The position numbers and the translations under genes are program-made. Source: a bacterium (GTDB lineage: Bacteria; Patescibacteriota; Patescibacteriia; JACQRZ01). From it: 64,000 nt of DNA. The stretch covers positions 30,417 to 94,416 of the forward strand of contig JAUYIE010000003.1 in assembly GCA_030688365.1 (NCBI GenBank), given 5' to 3'. This document shows positions 1 to 7,401 of the stretch, one piece after another. The notes under the pieces are model-generated. The model was given only the letters and a program-made list of their open reading frames with translations, was not told the DNA's origin and did not search any database. How positions within the stretch are numbered: position 1 is the stretch's first letter; each line of letters starts with the position of its first letter.

Positions 1-511
1 CAAGATAATTCTTTTTTGGATAATATTGCCCAAACATATACCCCTCTTCAACCTTGCTATGTTCAATAATATTGGTAACTAATTCGGAAATAGGATAGTA
101 CACTGCACTGCTAGCCTTGGACGTTCCCAGTACTTTTAATACCATATTTGAAAACAATGTCTCAAGACGGTCTCTCCCCGCCCCGGCACTCTTTTTTAAT
201 ATGCTGATAGGTACATACGTTTTATTACTTTGGCTCAAAGCCTCAAATCCTGATACGGAATCCACACCAGCAGGAAAATGTATACAATCAAAATATGACT
301 GCAATTTTGAAGAACTCCCAAAAACGTCACCACCTACCGATTTAAGGTATGCCACTAAGGGCAAAACAAAAAGCGGAGAGGCAAAGCTAACGCTCGACAA
401 ATCAAAGCATACCTTTTCACCATCCTTAATATCCTTGAAAGCTAAGTACAGTGGTCGCAATATATCGACCAATGAAGTTGTAACAAATTCAGGAACTTTT
501 ACCGTTTTCAT
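1..511 (-). CDS. GHKL/histidine-kinase-like ATPase with an N-terminal STAS-like region (3' part outside the window; not in the ORF track)
   Basis: Manual translation from ATG at 511 (alternative 517) is open to the window edge: MKTVKVPEF...CFDLSSVSFASPLFVLPL...YYPISELVTNIIEHSKVEEGYMFGQYYPKKNYL. ELxxNxxEH is a GHKL N-box. Confidence 0.7.
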   Translation of the reverse strand, partial: MKTVKVPEFVTTSLVDILRPLYLAFKDIKDGEKVCFDLSSVSFASPLFVLPLVAYLKSVGGDVFGSSSKLQSYFDCIHFPAGVDSVSGFEALSQSNKTYVPISILKKSAGAGRDRLETLFSNMVLKVLGTSKASSAVYYPISELVTNIIEHSKVEEGYMFGQYYPKKNYL

Positions 512-547
512 ATACATACAGCTTATCAACGGCAAGAAACAAAAGCA

Positions 548-598
548 AACAAAAAACCACTCATATAGAATGATTTCCTGTGGTGCTTTCGTCAGGAG
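548..598. repeat. att site, distal copy: duplicated 3' end of tRNA-Arg plus downstream sequence
   Basis: atgatttcctgtggtgctTtcgTcaggag (570-598) matches atgatttcctgtggtgctCtcgCcaggag (8567-8595) at 27/29 positions. aacaaaaaacca is also repeated (548-559 and 8544-8555). Confidence 0.85.
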
Positions 599-660
599 AG
601 GTGGTGAACGCGTAAGCATTAACGACCAATCCAAAAAAAATTAACGTTATCCAATAAATT

Positions 661-1044
661 TTAATACTTCAGACCACAACATATTCTACACAAGGGTTGA
701 CTACTATAGTCTCGCGGATATGCCCTATAATATAGGCATACCGCCCTCCTATCACATTTGTTACAGATAAGGTAAGGTACATATCCTTTCTTCAAGTTAG
801 ACGGCACAAAATCCATCCTTTGCTCATACCAGTCCCGGAATCCATTATGGATAGCACCTAAAGATTTGAATTGATACCATACTCCAGCCTCAAACAATGC
901 TTTGATTCGTAACATTTCCCCAACACGATCAAATATAACATTTTCCTGCTCTATTTCAGCAAGATCCGATAAACAGGCATTAAGATAATCACCTGCCCTA
1001 ATGCTAGACCAATCTTTGATACTTCTATTGTTTGAGGTACGCAT
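661..1044 (-). CDS. small Zn-ribbon protein
   Basis: C-terminal CNKCDRR...LYY...CRICCGLKY contains two CxxC pairs. Confidence 0.6.
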   Translation of the reverse strand: MRTSNNRSIKDWSSIRAGDYLNACLSDLAEIEQENVIFDRVGEMLRIKALFEAGVWYQFKSLGAIHNGFRDWYEQRMDFVPSNLKKGYVPYLICNKCDRRAVCLYYRAYPRDYSSQPLCRICCGLKY

Positions 1045-1091
1045 AATCTCTAGGAATCTCTAAGGATATAAGACTGAAGAGGGTATAGAAA

Positions 1092-2081
1092 TTAGGTAGT
1101 GGTATCGCTATTTATTTTTCCTATCTGTCGACCATACGCCCCATAAGATCGCAACTGATCATGTGGTTTCTTTTTATGATGACCTTTGGGTGAGACTTTC
1201 AAAGCTTTAATTATACCTGCCCTTTTTTTGATTGTTTTTCTCCCAAAAGATAGTGATTTACGATTCAGTTTCACGCCTAAGTGTTCTATACCCTCGCTAT
1301 AAGTCAAAATTTTGGTCTTTTCCATGTGTATTGGAAGAGGTTGATTGAGATCAAATGTCGCGAACAGGGCAATGATCTCATCTCTCAGGTGTTCCATAAG
1401 TTCATATGGAACCCGGCTCGCGGTAATCCCTATGTCATCTACAAACATAGCAACACGAGGATCATACCCCTTAAGCCTTCTCTGAACAAGCCAATTCATT
1501 CGCAAAAATACATCTAGATTACACCACACTGCCAACCTTGCAGAGGTAGCAAAACCTCGAGCCAAAACCTTGTTATCAGACAGTGACCCTTTGGCTCCCA
1601 CAGGAACACAACAAAAGTGTGCTAATAGATGAGCTAGCCTTTCCCCACACCCTGCCTTTGTATGAAAAAAGGTCTCTACTCTGGCGAGACCCACCTGGTC
1701 GTAAAAACGACGTATATCAAGAGCTAGGAGAGTTCGTTGACGTTTATACCCCAAAAGATATTGTGCTGCTACCAAATGACTTTTACCAGATACACCTCCA
1801 AAAATAAAAGGAGGGAGGCGTACATCGTGGGGTGAGAGTAATTTTTTATCCAAGAGGTATAGTAATTCTCCCAAAGGTTTACCCTTGGCACTGCGTACAA
1901 ATTTTCCTTCCTCTGCCTCAGAGGCGGTTGTATCGTGCCAATAGGTATCAAAATTATCCTTCACGTCATCTATAAAAGCCATTCGCTCATCAAAACTGTG
2001 CGACCTATCAGATAACCTCTTTGCAAGCTCATTCTTGCTTTGAAGAGCAATATTTGGATAACGAGACCTAGTGCTGGACAT
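1092..2081 (-). CDS. reverse transcriptase, retron-like and divergent, 329 aa
   Basis: RT motifs: LALDIRRFYDQV (motif A), LARGFATS (motif B, normally LPQGxxxS), MFVDDIGIT (motif C) and HLGV. No maturase, RNase H or nuclease extension. Confidence 0.9.
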   Translation of the reverse strand: MSSTRSRYPNIALQSKNELAKRLSDRSHSFDERMAFIDDVKDNFDTYWHDTTASEAEEGKFVRSAKGKPLGELLYLLDKKLLSPHDVRLPPFIFGGVSGKSHLVAAQYLLGYKRQRTLLALDIRRFYDQVGLARVETFFHTKAGCGERLAHLLAHFCCVPVGAKGSLSDNKVLARGFATSARLAVWCNLDVFLRMNWLVQRRLKGYDPRVAMFVDDIGITASRVPYELMEHLRDEIIALFATFDLNQPLPIHMEKTKILTYSEGIEHLGVKLNRKSLSFGRKTIKKRAGIIKALKVSPKGHHKKKPHDQLRSYGAYGRQIGKINSDTTT

Positions 2082-2397
2082 ATTTTCGCAAATTCTTTGC
2101 CTTGTTCTTCACAAGGTTGTCTTGGAGCTTTTCACCAATTGCAATAAGGCTCAGATCTAATTTAGAAAAGTTCCTTTTATCGTGGTTCTCATCAATAAAA
2201 AGAAAAGGCGTCACAGAATTTGGTCTCACGCCTAATCGTTCAGCAAGACGTAAAATAAAATTCTTTGATACATCCTTTTGCCCTGTTTCGATCATTGAAA
2301 CCAAAATAGTTGATACTCCCAGAACCGATGCAAATTCTTCTTGGGTAATATCTGCGGATTCACGTATCTTCTTAAGTAAGACGGGAAATGTGTACAT
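2068..2397 (-). CDS. XRE/Cro-C1 family HTH protein overlapping the RT start by 14 nt
   Basis: LKKIRESADITQEEFASVLGVSTILVSMIETG is a classic XRE HTH. ATG at 2397 (TTG alternative at 2400). Confidence 0.9.
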   Translation of the reverse strand: MYTFPVLLKKIRESADITQEEFASVLGVSTILVSMIETGQKDVSKNFILRLAERLGVRPNSVTPFLFIDENHDKRNFSKLDLSLIAIGEKLQDNLVKNKAKNLRKYVQH

Positions 2398-2410
2398 CAA
2401 TTTATATGAT

Positions 2411-2900
2411 TAAAGGGTAGCTACCAGAGTCGATCCAAAATAATGCAAATTATCTGTAGGATAATAAGCACTAGTTTTTTGATCATAGATAACTACCCTC
2501 ATATACGCATACGGAAGACACCCATAATGATAACTAGGATTGGTGAGTTGAGCCATAGAAATATAGTTAGGGTAAAACAATGGACTTAGTTCGACTTTCG
2601 CTATTATGGGACTACGCCTTTCCCTTTGCGGTTAATGGTTTCCAAAAGGTCTTCCGTGAATTCAACCCAATAACCGCAAAGGTAGTCAGGTAATCACTAA
2701 CAGCATACTGTATACAGTTAACTATTAGCACTAATAAATGCCTATAGCTTACTGCGTAGTGTATACAGCTAACGCCAATACACCACAGTGGCCGGAATCT
2801 AAACCTTCTATTTCTAGAAGGGTGAGACAAGCAGATGCTCGTCAAATAATGGATAACATTTACTGCCGCAATATCTCATGGGATTTTGAAATGAACTCTT
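2411..2900 (-). ncRNA. structured leader/ncRNA of the RT operon (putative msr-msd or hybrid RNA)
   Basis: Stacked hairpins at 2804-2821, 2689-2784, 2623-2682 (12-bp perfect IR), 2521-2610 and 2413-2500. In the two long hairpins many mismatches become G-U pairs on the minus strand. A 9-nt long-range complement links 2649-2657 and 2511-2519. Confidence 0.7.
2421..2486 (-). CDS. 21-aa hydrophobic peptide MIKKLVLIILQIICIILDRLW, candidate membrane toxin/effector (not in the ORF track)
   Basis: ATG at 2486, TAG at 2423-2421, and an SD-like GAGGG 9 nt upstream (2500-2496). Basic N-terminus plus aliphatic core, like type I TA peptides. Confidence 0.6.
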   Translation of the reverse strand: MIKKLVLIILQIICIILDRLW

Positions 2901-2901
2901 G

Positions 2902-2936
2902 AAACGTATTATACGTTTTGTATAAGTTTTCGTCAA
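2902..2936 (-). promoter_or_regulatory. sigma70 promoter TTGACG-17nt-TATAAT with a palindromic operator over the -10 box
   Basis: -35 at 2936-2931 and -10 at 2913-2908. Palindrome aaacgtat-t-atacgttt at 2902-2918. Confidence 0.8.
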
Positions 2937-3016
2937 GACACAGATATCCACAGCTGATGCGATCTCACATCCACCGACTTATAGACTGGCATTTTACAAA
3001 TAGCTATCCATACGAT

Positions 3017-3271
3017 TTACCTCTCATTACTATCTGTTGCGTCCTTACCACAATGCTCAAGCAAGGCACCAATCATCATACCAAACCCAGAGAATATAAG
3101 CACAAGTAAAAACGAGGCTGATAACTCATATGCAATAAACCACATAATACCAAAAAGCATAATCGGGAGAGTGAGATTTTCAGGTATCGGTTTTTTACCT
3201 TTTCTCTTCAGGTATGCATTAATAATAAAAATACTCAGTAAAGCAGGTGTGAGTAGAATAACTATTCCCAT
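3017..3271 (-). CDS. small membrane protein (about 3 TM)
   Basis: Three hydrophobic segments in 84 aa. Confidence 0.6.
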   Translation of the reverse strand: MGIVILLTPALLSIFIINAYLKRKGKKPIPENLTLPIMLFGIMWFIAYELSASFLLVLIFSGFGMMIGALLEHCGKDATDSNER

Positions 3272-3284
3272 ATAATAAAATTGA

Positions 3285-3722
3285 CTACGGGGTAGACTTT
3301 TTTAGATCCGCTTTTACGGCTTTAAGTTCCTGCTCCTTTTCGAGGAAACCCTCTTTTATATTATAATCCGAGAATAAAATTTCATTTGTATAGTAATCCT
3401 TTAGAGTAATATCAAACGACAACTCATCACCTATTGATGTTTGAGTGAGTATGTAAACAATGCAACTTTGTCTTTTGGGGCTATAAAAGACTTCATTAAC
3501 AAATGAACGTCTTACTGTACTATTGCTGTCGTCCTTGTCTAGCTGTTTCTCTAAAATAGGCTTTATAGCTCCACATTCTTTAATTTTAGCCACAATCTCT
3601 TTTTCTCTATATAATCGTGGTTGGACAACAAGAAAATAATAAGCCGTGCATCCGGTAGCAAAGAGAAAGACGCAGAGAAATAAAAGTCTGAACCAATTAT
3701 ATCTCAAAAAATCCACAACCAT
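3285..3722 (-). CDS. hypothetical protein with an N-terminal membrane anchor
   Basis: N-terminal TM helix; co-oriented with its neighbours. Confidence 0.6.
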   Translation of the reverse strand: MVVDFLRYNWFRLLFLCVFLFATGCTAYYFLVVQPRLYREKEIVAKIKECGAIKPILEKQLDKDDSNSTVRRSFVNEVFYSPKRQSCIVYILTQTSIGDELSFDITLKDYYTNEILFSDYNIKEGFLEKEQELKAVKADLKKSTP

Positions 3723-3736
3723 AGATATTGTTATCC

Positions 3737-5293
3737 TTAATTACTTTTTGTAGCACATCTCACAACTAAATCGGGGCTCTCACTCTTTGCCGGTAATCCT
3801 AATGGAAAAATCACTGTATCATTTTGGTTGCTAGTAGCGAGCTTTATATCAATAATTGACAAACCCAGAGTATCCCCTATTTTCATCCCAGTAGGATCAA
3901 ACTTCACATTTAAATTAAATGGCCATGTCAGGCCGTTTTGACTTGGGACGGTAAATAATAATGTATCTCCATCGACCGACTGTTTATTGAACAAAATTCC
4001 CGGTATATTACCAGATATACCAGATGGTGACGTTGATATACTTAGATCAATGTCCGCAAGGTTGGCAGTACCCGCTTTTTTTAGAGTAACCGATTGCAAA
4101 GATAAACCAGTGAGTTGTTCATTATTCCCTACATTTAGCCGTAGTGTTGAAAATACAGCTTGGTTTGGCCAGACTTCATCCACAGCACCTGAAATGCCAC
4201 CATTAGGAGACGAGGTGTCTGTTAAGTTTAGCCCACAATGATTGTTTGCAGTTCCATAATTCCATGCATCATTGGTATCAAAGTGTGGAACTATTTTCCA
4301 CGTATGATTGATAGAGACAGAAAGTTGTTTAACGGTAGTATTCCAGTCTTTATCTGCACAAATGAGATAATAGATAAAATTTGGTATCTTTTCGTATCCA
4401 GTTTCTTGTAAAGCAAAGCTAGTACTACCATTAGGAAGTCTCCCAACGAAAGGAATTGAGATATCTTGAGTCTCAGTAGTGGCACACGTAATAGCATTCT
4501 TGGTCTCCCAGTTTAAGGTTAGAACGTCTCCTATACTAGCCGTCGCCTTGTCGGCTTCGAAACGAGTGATTTCAGGTTTTGTAGGTTGAGGGGGTAGCAC
4601 CACCTGTACTGGTGTTGGTTGAACAATTGGGGGAATCTGGGCTATAGGATCTGTGACAGGTCTTTTTGATGATGGAGGTATATTAACCGTCGTTGTTTCT
4701 TTTTGAGAAATAGATGCATCGTCTGTCAAATCTTTTGCAAAAAGGATTGGGGTGACCGATACAACGTCATTACTATCCACTTGAGGAGTTGATGATATTG
4801 CCCGGGGTTGTAAACCGTCAGATGACTTGACTATTTTATTAAGGTCAATATTTGATATACCCAAACCCATTCCTTTCATGATATTAAAAGCATCCTGAGG
4901 ACGTCCCAAAAAGTAAGCATATCCTGTTTTTGGTTCTACATAATACGCTTCGCCGGCTCTTTCTACTCGCAGAATAATTTTCCCAAGTAAACTATTACCT
5001 TTATTGCTTCGCATCATCCTAAAATCATTCTGATCTGGTGTAAACATAGATAAAATATCCTTTTCACTTATCCCAGTCCCTTGCTTGCGCATTACCTCAA
5101 ATGCGTCCGCTGGACGACCAAGGTAGTATCTTTGTTTATTTGTCGGGTTCACATACCAGGCTTCACCTTTTGACTCTACTTGGATCAAAATTTTACCGAT
5201 AACACTGGTAATATTTTCTGTATTTGAAATTGCAAAAACACTATACGGAAATATCAGTAAAAGACCAAGTAATATTGAAAACAAGTATTTCAT
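3737..5293 (-). CDS. secreted protein with a duplicated CPR-type repeat, Pro-rich linker and beta-rich C-terminus
   Basis: Signal peptide ending VFA. Two copies of GKIxxxVExxGEAxYVxP...YxLGRPxDAFxxMxxxGxGIS. Confidence 0.75.
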   Translation of the reverse strand: MKYLFSILLGLLLIFPYSVFAISNTENITSVIGKILIQVESKGEAWYVNPTNKQRYYLGRPADAFEVMRKQGTGISEKDILSMFTPDQNDFRMMRSNKGNSLLGKIILRVERAGEAYYVEPKTGYAYFLGRPQDAFNIMKGMGLGISNIDLNKIVKSSDGLQPRAISSTPQVDSNDVVSVTPILFAKDLTDDASISQKETTTVNIPPSSKRPVTDPIAQIPPIVQPTPVQVVLPPQPTKPEITRFEADKATASIGDVLTLNWETKNAITCATTETQDISIPFVGRLPNGSTSFALQETGYEKIPNFIYYLICADKDWNTTVKQLSVSINHTWKIVPHFDTNDAWNYGTANNHCGLNLTDTSSPNGGISGAVDEVWPNQAVFSTLRLNVGNNEQLTGLSLQSVTLKKAGTANLADIDLSISTSPSGISGNIPGILFNKQSVDGDTLLFTVPSQNGLTWPFNLNVKFDPTGMKIGDTLGLSIIDIKLATSNQNDTVIFPLGLPAKSESPDLVVRCATKSN

Positions 5294-5321
5294 ACAATTT
5301 CCTAAATATTTAAAAGACTAA

Positions 5322-5470
5322 ACAAAAAGCCCACCGCATGAGGTGATGACTTACGTCATCCATTGACCTTTCGATCAACGACCAGCAAAGGTAGCCCCCA
5401 TAACGATGGGTTCTCTATCTTTGCTGGCTTTGATGCCATGCCCGTTCTTTACAGAACCAGGTTTAGGCAA
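5322..5470 (-). ncRNA. candidate structured RNA (cis-regulatory or ncRNA) upstream of the 518-aa gene
   Basis: Four adjacent hairpins (5434-5469, 5381-5428, 5361-5380, 5345-5360). Three have GNRA loops on the minus strand (GUAA, GAAA, GUAA). A U-tract follows. Confidence 0.6.
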
Positions 5471-5614
5471 TGATTCAATTGTACCTATACACTAGCAAAT
5501 TAACGGAAAAACATAAAGACCTACAGGAAAATGCTTATGCCCGCCACAACGTCTTTATATAATTCATGATAGGGGCTATTATCAATAATACTAAATGAAT
5601 ATGCCTAATGTTTT

Positions 5615-6337
5615 ATGAAAAAAGAACAAGTTGTAATAGAAAATTTCTACCGCTTTTCACATTTACTAGCAATCTTGGAAGGTAAAGATTGTACCAATGA
5701 CGCATTTCTTTATCTAATTCACAAATATTACCCCCAAGACACAGAATCTTATAAATTACATTTTTGTTCACTTGCAAGTATTTTAAAAAGGGAGAAACCA
5801 AACGACGAAGAGTATAAAAATAAAGAAAAGTCTGCGATAGTTATGATGCGCAAGTGGCCAGCCACTAAAATGATTAAATTTGATAAAGATATTGAAAATT
5901 TCTTAGAAAAAATGGGATTTGGGACGGAATGGCGAATGCCGATTATAACAGCAGTACTTACGGGCTTCTTCTATCCTCCCTCTCAAAACTACTATTTAGA
6001 AACAAGAAAAAGAAAAAGAAAAAAACTCAGTCTAGAAATAAATCAATATACCTCTAAAAATGATATCGAGGACGCGTGGCAAGAAATAGAACTTACACAA
6101 AAAGAATTATGGCCGTCTTTTGATAAAAGAAATTTTACAAAAAAATCACTAGGTGACTTACTCTTTTTTGCCAAAGCAAATGCTATCAAAAAAAATCTTA
6201 TTGAGAAAAATACAGACGAAACACCAATAAATGATTTTGATGTCGTGTTGTACTTATTTCCTGAGGCAGATCCGGAAACAGATAAAAAATATGTCAATTG
6301 GGTAAGAAAAAATCGTTATAAATATAAGACATTCTAA
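5615..6337 (+). CDS. hypothetical protein, possibly DNA-binding, in the element core
   Basis: 240-aa Lys-rich ORF with no recognised motif. Confidence 0.6.
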   Translation: MKKEQVVIENFYRFSHLLAILEGKDCTNDAFLYLIHKYYPQDTESYKLHFCSLASILKREKPNDEEYKNKEKSAIVMMRKWPATKMIKFDKDIENFLEKMGFGTEWRMPIITAVLTGFFYPPSQNYYLETRKRKRKKLSLEINQYTSKNDIEDAWQEIELTQKELWPSFDKRNFTKKSLGDLLFFAKANAIKKNLIEKNTDETPINDFDVVLYLFPEADPETDKKYVNWVRKNRYKYKTF

Positions 6338-6419
6338 TTTTCTTTCCAAAAGTTGGAATGTGCCCAAATTGGGATCTGTTAAGCTCGTACTCATACTACG
6401 AGTTTTTTAAATTAACAGA

Positions 6420-6665
6420 ATGCATATGCAAAATGAATCACTTCATATAACAAAAGACCGTTTTGAAATCTATGTACTTTTAGCCACACACTGTGAGGTA
6501 GCTAATTATAACGCAAACAACAAGGGTCAAATATATTTTCACTTTAAAAATAAGAAAAAGTGCGAACAAGCGTTAAATATGCTTCTTTCAAAAAAGTTGA
6601 AGCTTTATGCTCATGAAATGATCGGGGCGATTAGAGATGCACAGGCGATCTTCAGGGCAAATTAA
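6420..6665 (+). CDS. small mobile-element protein, DUF5659-like
   Basis: 81 aa; the overall pattern resembles DUF5659 proteins as I recall them (unverified). Confidence 0.5.
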   Translation: MHMQNESLHITKDRFEIYVLLATHCEVANYNANNKGQIYFHFKNKKKCEQALNMLLSKKLKLYAHEMIGAIRDAQAIFRAN

Positions 6666-6955
6666 TCATTTACTCCTTTAAAATCGTGATTTGCTCCCAA
6701 TCTAGGAATAAATCAGGGTTTTAAACCTTCGTCTCACCACACCTTATCGTAGGAAATCGCGGACGTTAAAAAGCGGTTGAAACGATCCAATACGGACACC
6801 TACCGTGGAAAATCGCAGTACCTTAATTAAACAAAAGATAGGAAAACCTATCTGTAAACTATCCTTACCTCAGATCATAGATATGTTGGTATATACAGAT
6901 TTTTTACGAAGGAAACGGCTTGGGGAGGTGGTTAACCTTAACATGTTCAGAATGT

Positions 6956-7123
6956 ATGAGAGATTCAAAAAACAGTAGATTCAAAAAGACGATATCGACC
7001 ACCTTAGAAGATTTTGATTTTATAGAAAAAGAACGCCACAAAAAATCTAAGGCTGGAAAACTTGAAGAGATAATAGCGTACTATAAAAAATACAACCTTA
7101 AACTCGATACTAATAAAAAATAA
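6956..7123 (+). CDS. small ribbon-helix-helix-like protein
   Basis: KKTISTT strand followed by two short helices; 55 aa from ATG at 6956. Confidence 0.45.
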   Translation: MRDSKNSRFKKTISTTLEDFDFIEKERHKKSKAGKLEEIIAYYKKYNLKLDTNKK

Positions 7124-7185
7124 TGTTAAGGTAACATTGCCCGGAGATACTGATCTCCCCAGTGTACCTTAACAATTAAACAACG

Positions 7186-7401
7186 ATGTCAGACTTACGT
7201 ACTACAATGACCTGCCCAGAATTACTCACTCCCAAGGAGGTTATGAGTGTTCTTCGCATCTCCCCAGCGACCTTTTATCGGATCATTGAACAGCGCCTCA
7301 TCCCCTTCTACAAAGTAGGCCGAGGTCTCCGGTTTGATAAAAGCGATATTGTGGGATACTTAGCCGGTCAACGTATTAAGTCGGCGTCTGAATGGAAATG
7401 A
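7186..7401 (+). CDS. excisionase / HTH_17 (MerR-like) DNA-binding protein
   Basis: LLTPKEVMSVLRISPATFYRIIEQRLIPFYKVGRGLRFDKSDI, directly upstream of the integrase. Confidence 0.85.
   Translation: MSDLRTTMTCPELLTPKEVMSVLRISPATFYRIIEQRLIPFYKVGRGLRFDKSDIVGYLAGQRIKSASEWK

Noticed and set aside
117-644. 175-aa + strand ORF in the ORF track
   Set aside because: It is the antisense shadow of the minus-strand GHKL gene and runs across the att site.
1092-2081. RT as part of a diversity-generating retroelement or group II intron
   Set aside because: No Avd-like gene, no TR/VR repeat pair noticed, no DGR-type GNLTSQ motif, no maturase domain and no intron domain V seen. Size and context fit a retron-like system.
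2410-2556. Alternative 48-aa ORF (MAQLTNPSY...) overlapping the 21-aa peptide
   Set aside because: No SD and no recognisable features. The 21-aa frame has an SD at proper spacing and a coherent hydrophobic profile.
2612-2845. 77-aa minus-strand ORF with the repeat VSCIHYAVS/VNCIQYAVS (26-nt imperfect direct repeat at 2697-2722 and 2748-2773)
   Set aside because: TTG start without an SD. The repeat is centred on the palindrome CTGTATACAG and is largely explained by the long hairpin. Differences do fall mostly at third codon positions, so coding is not fully excluded. Two copies do not make an array.
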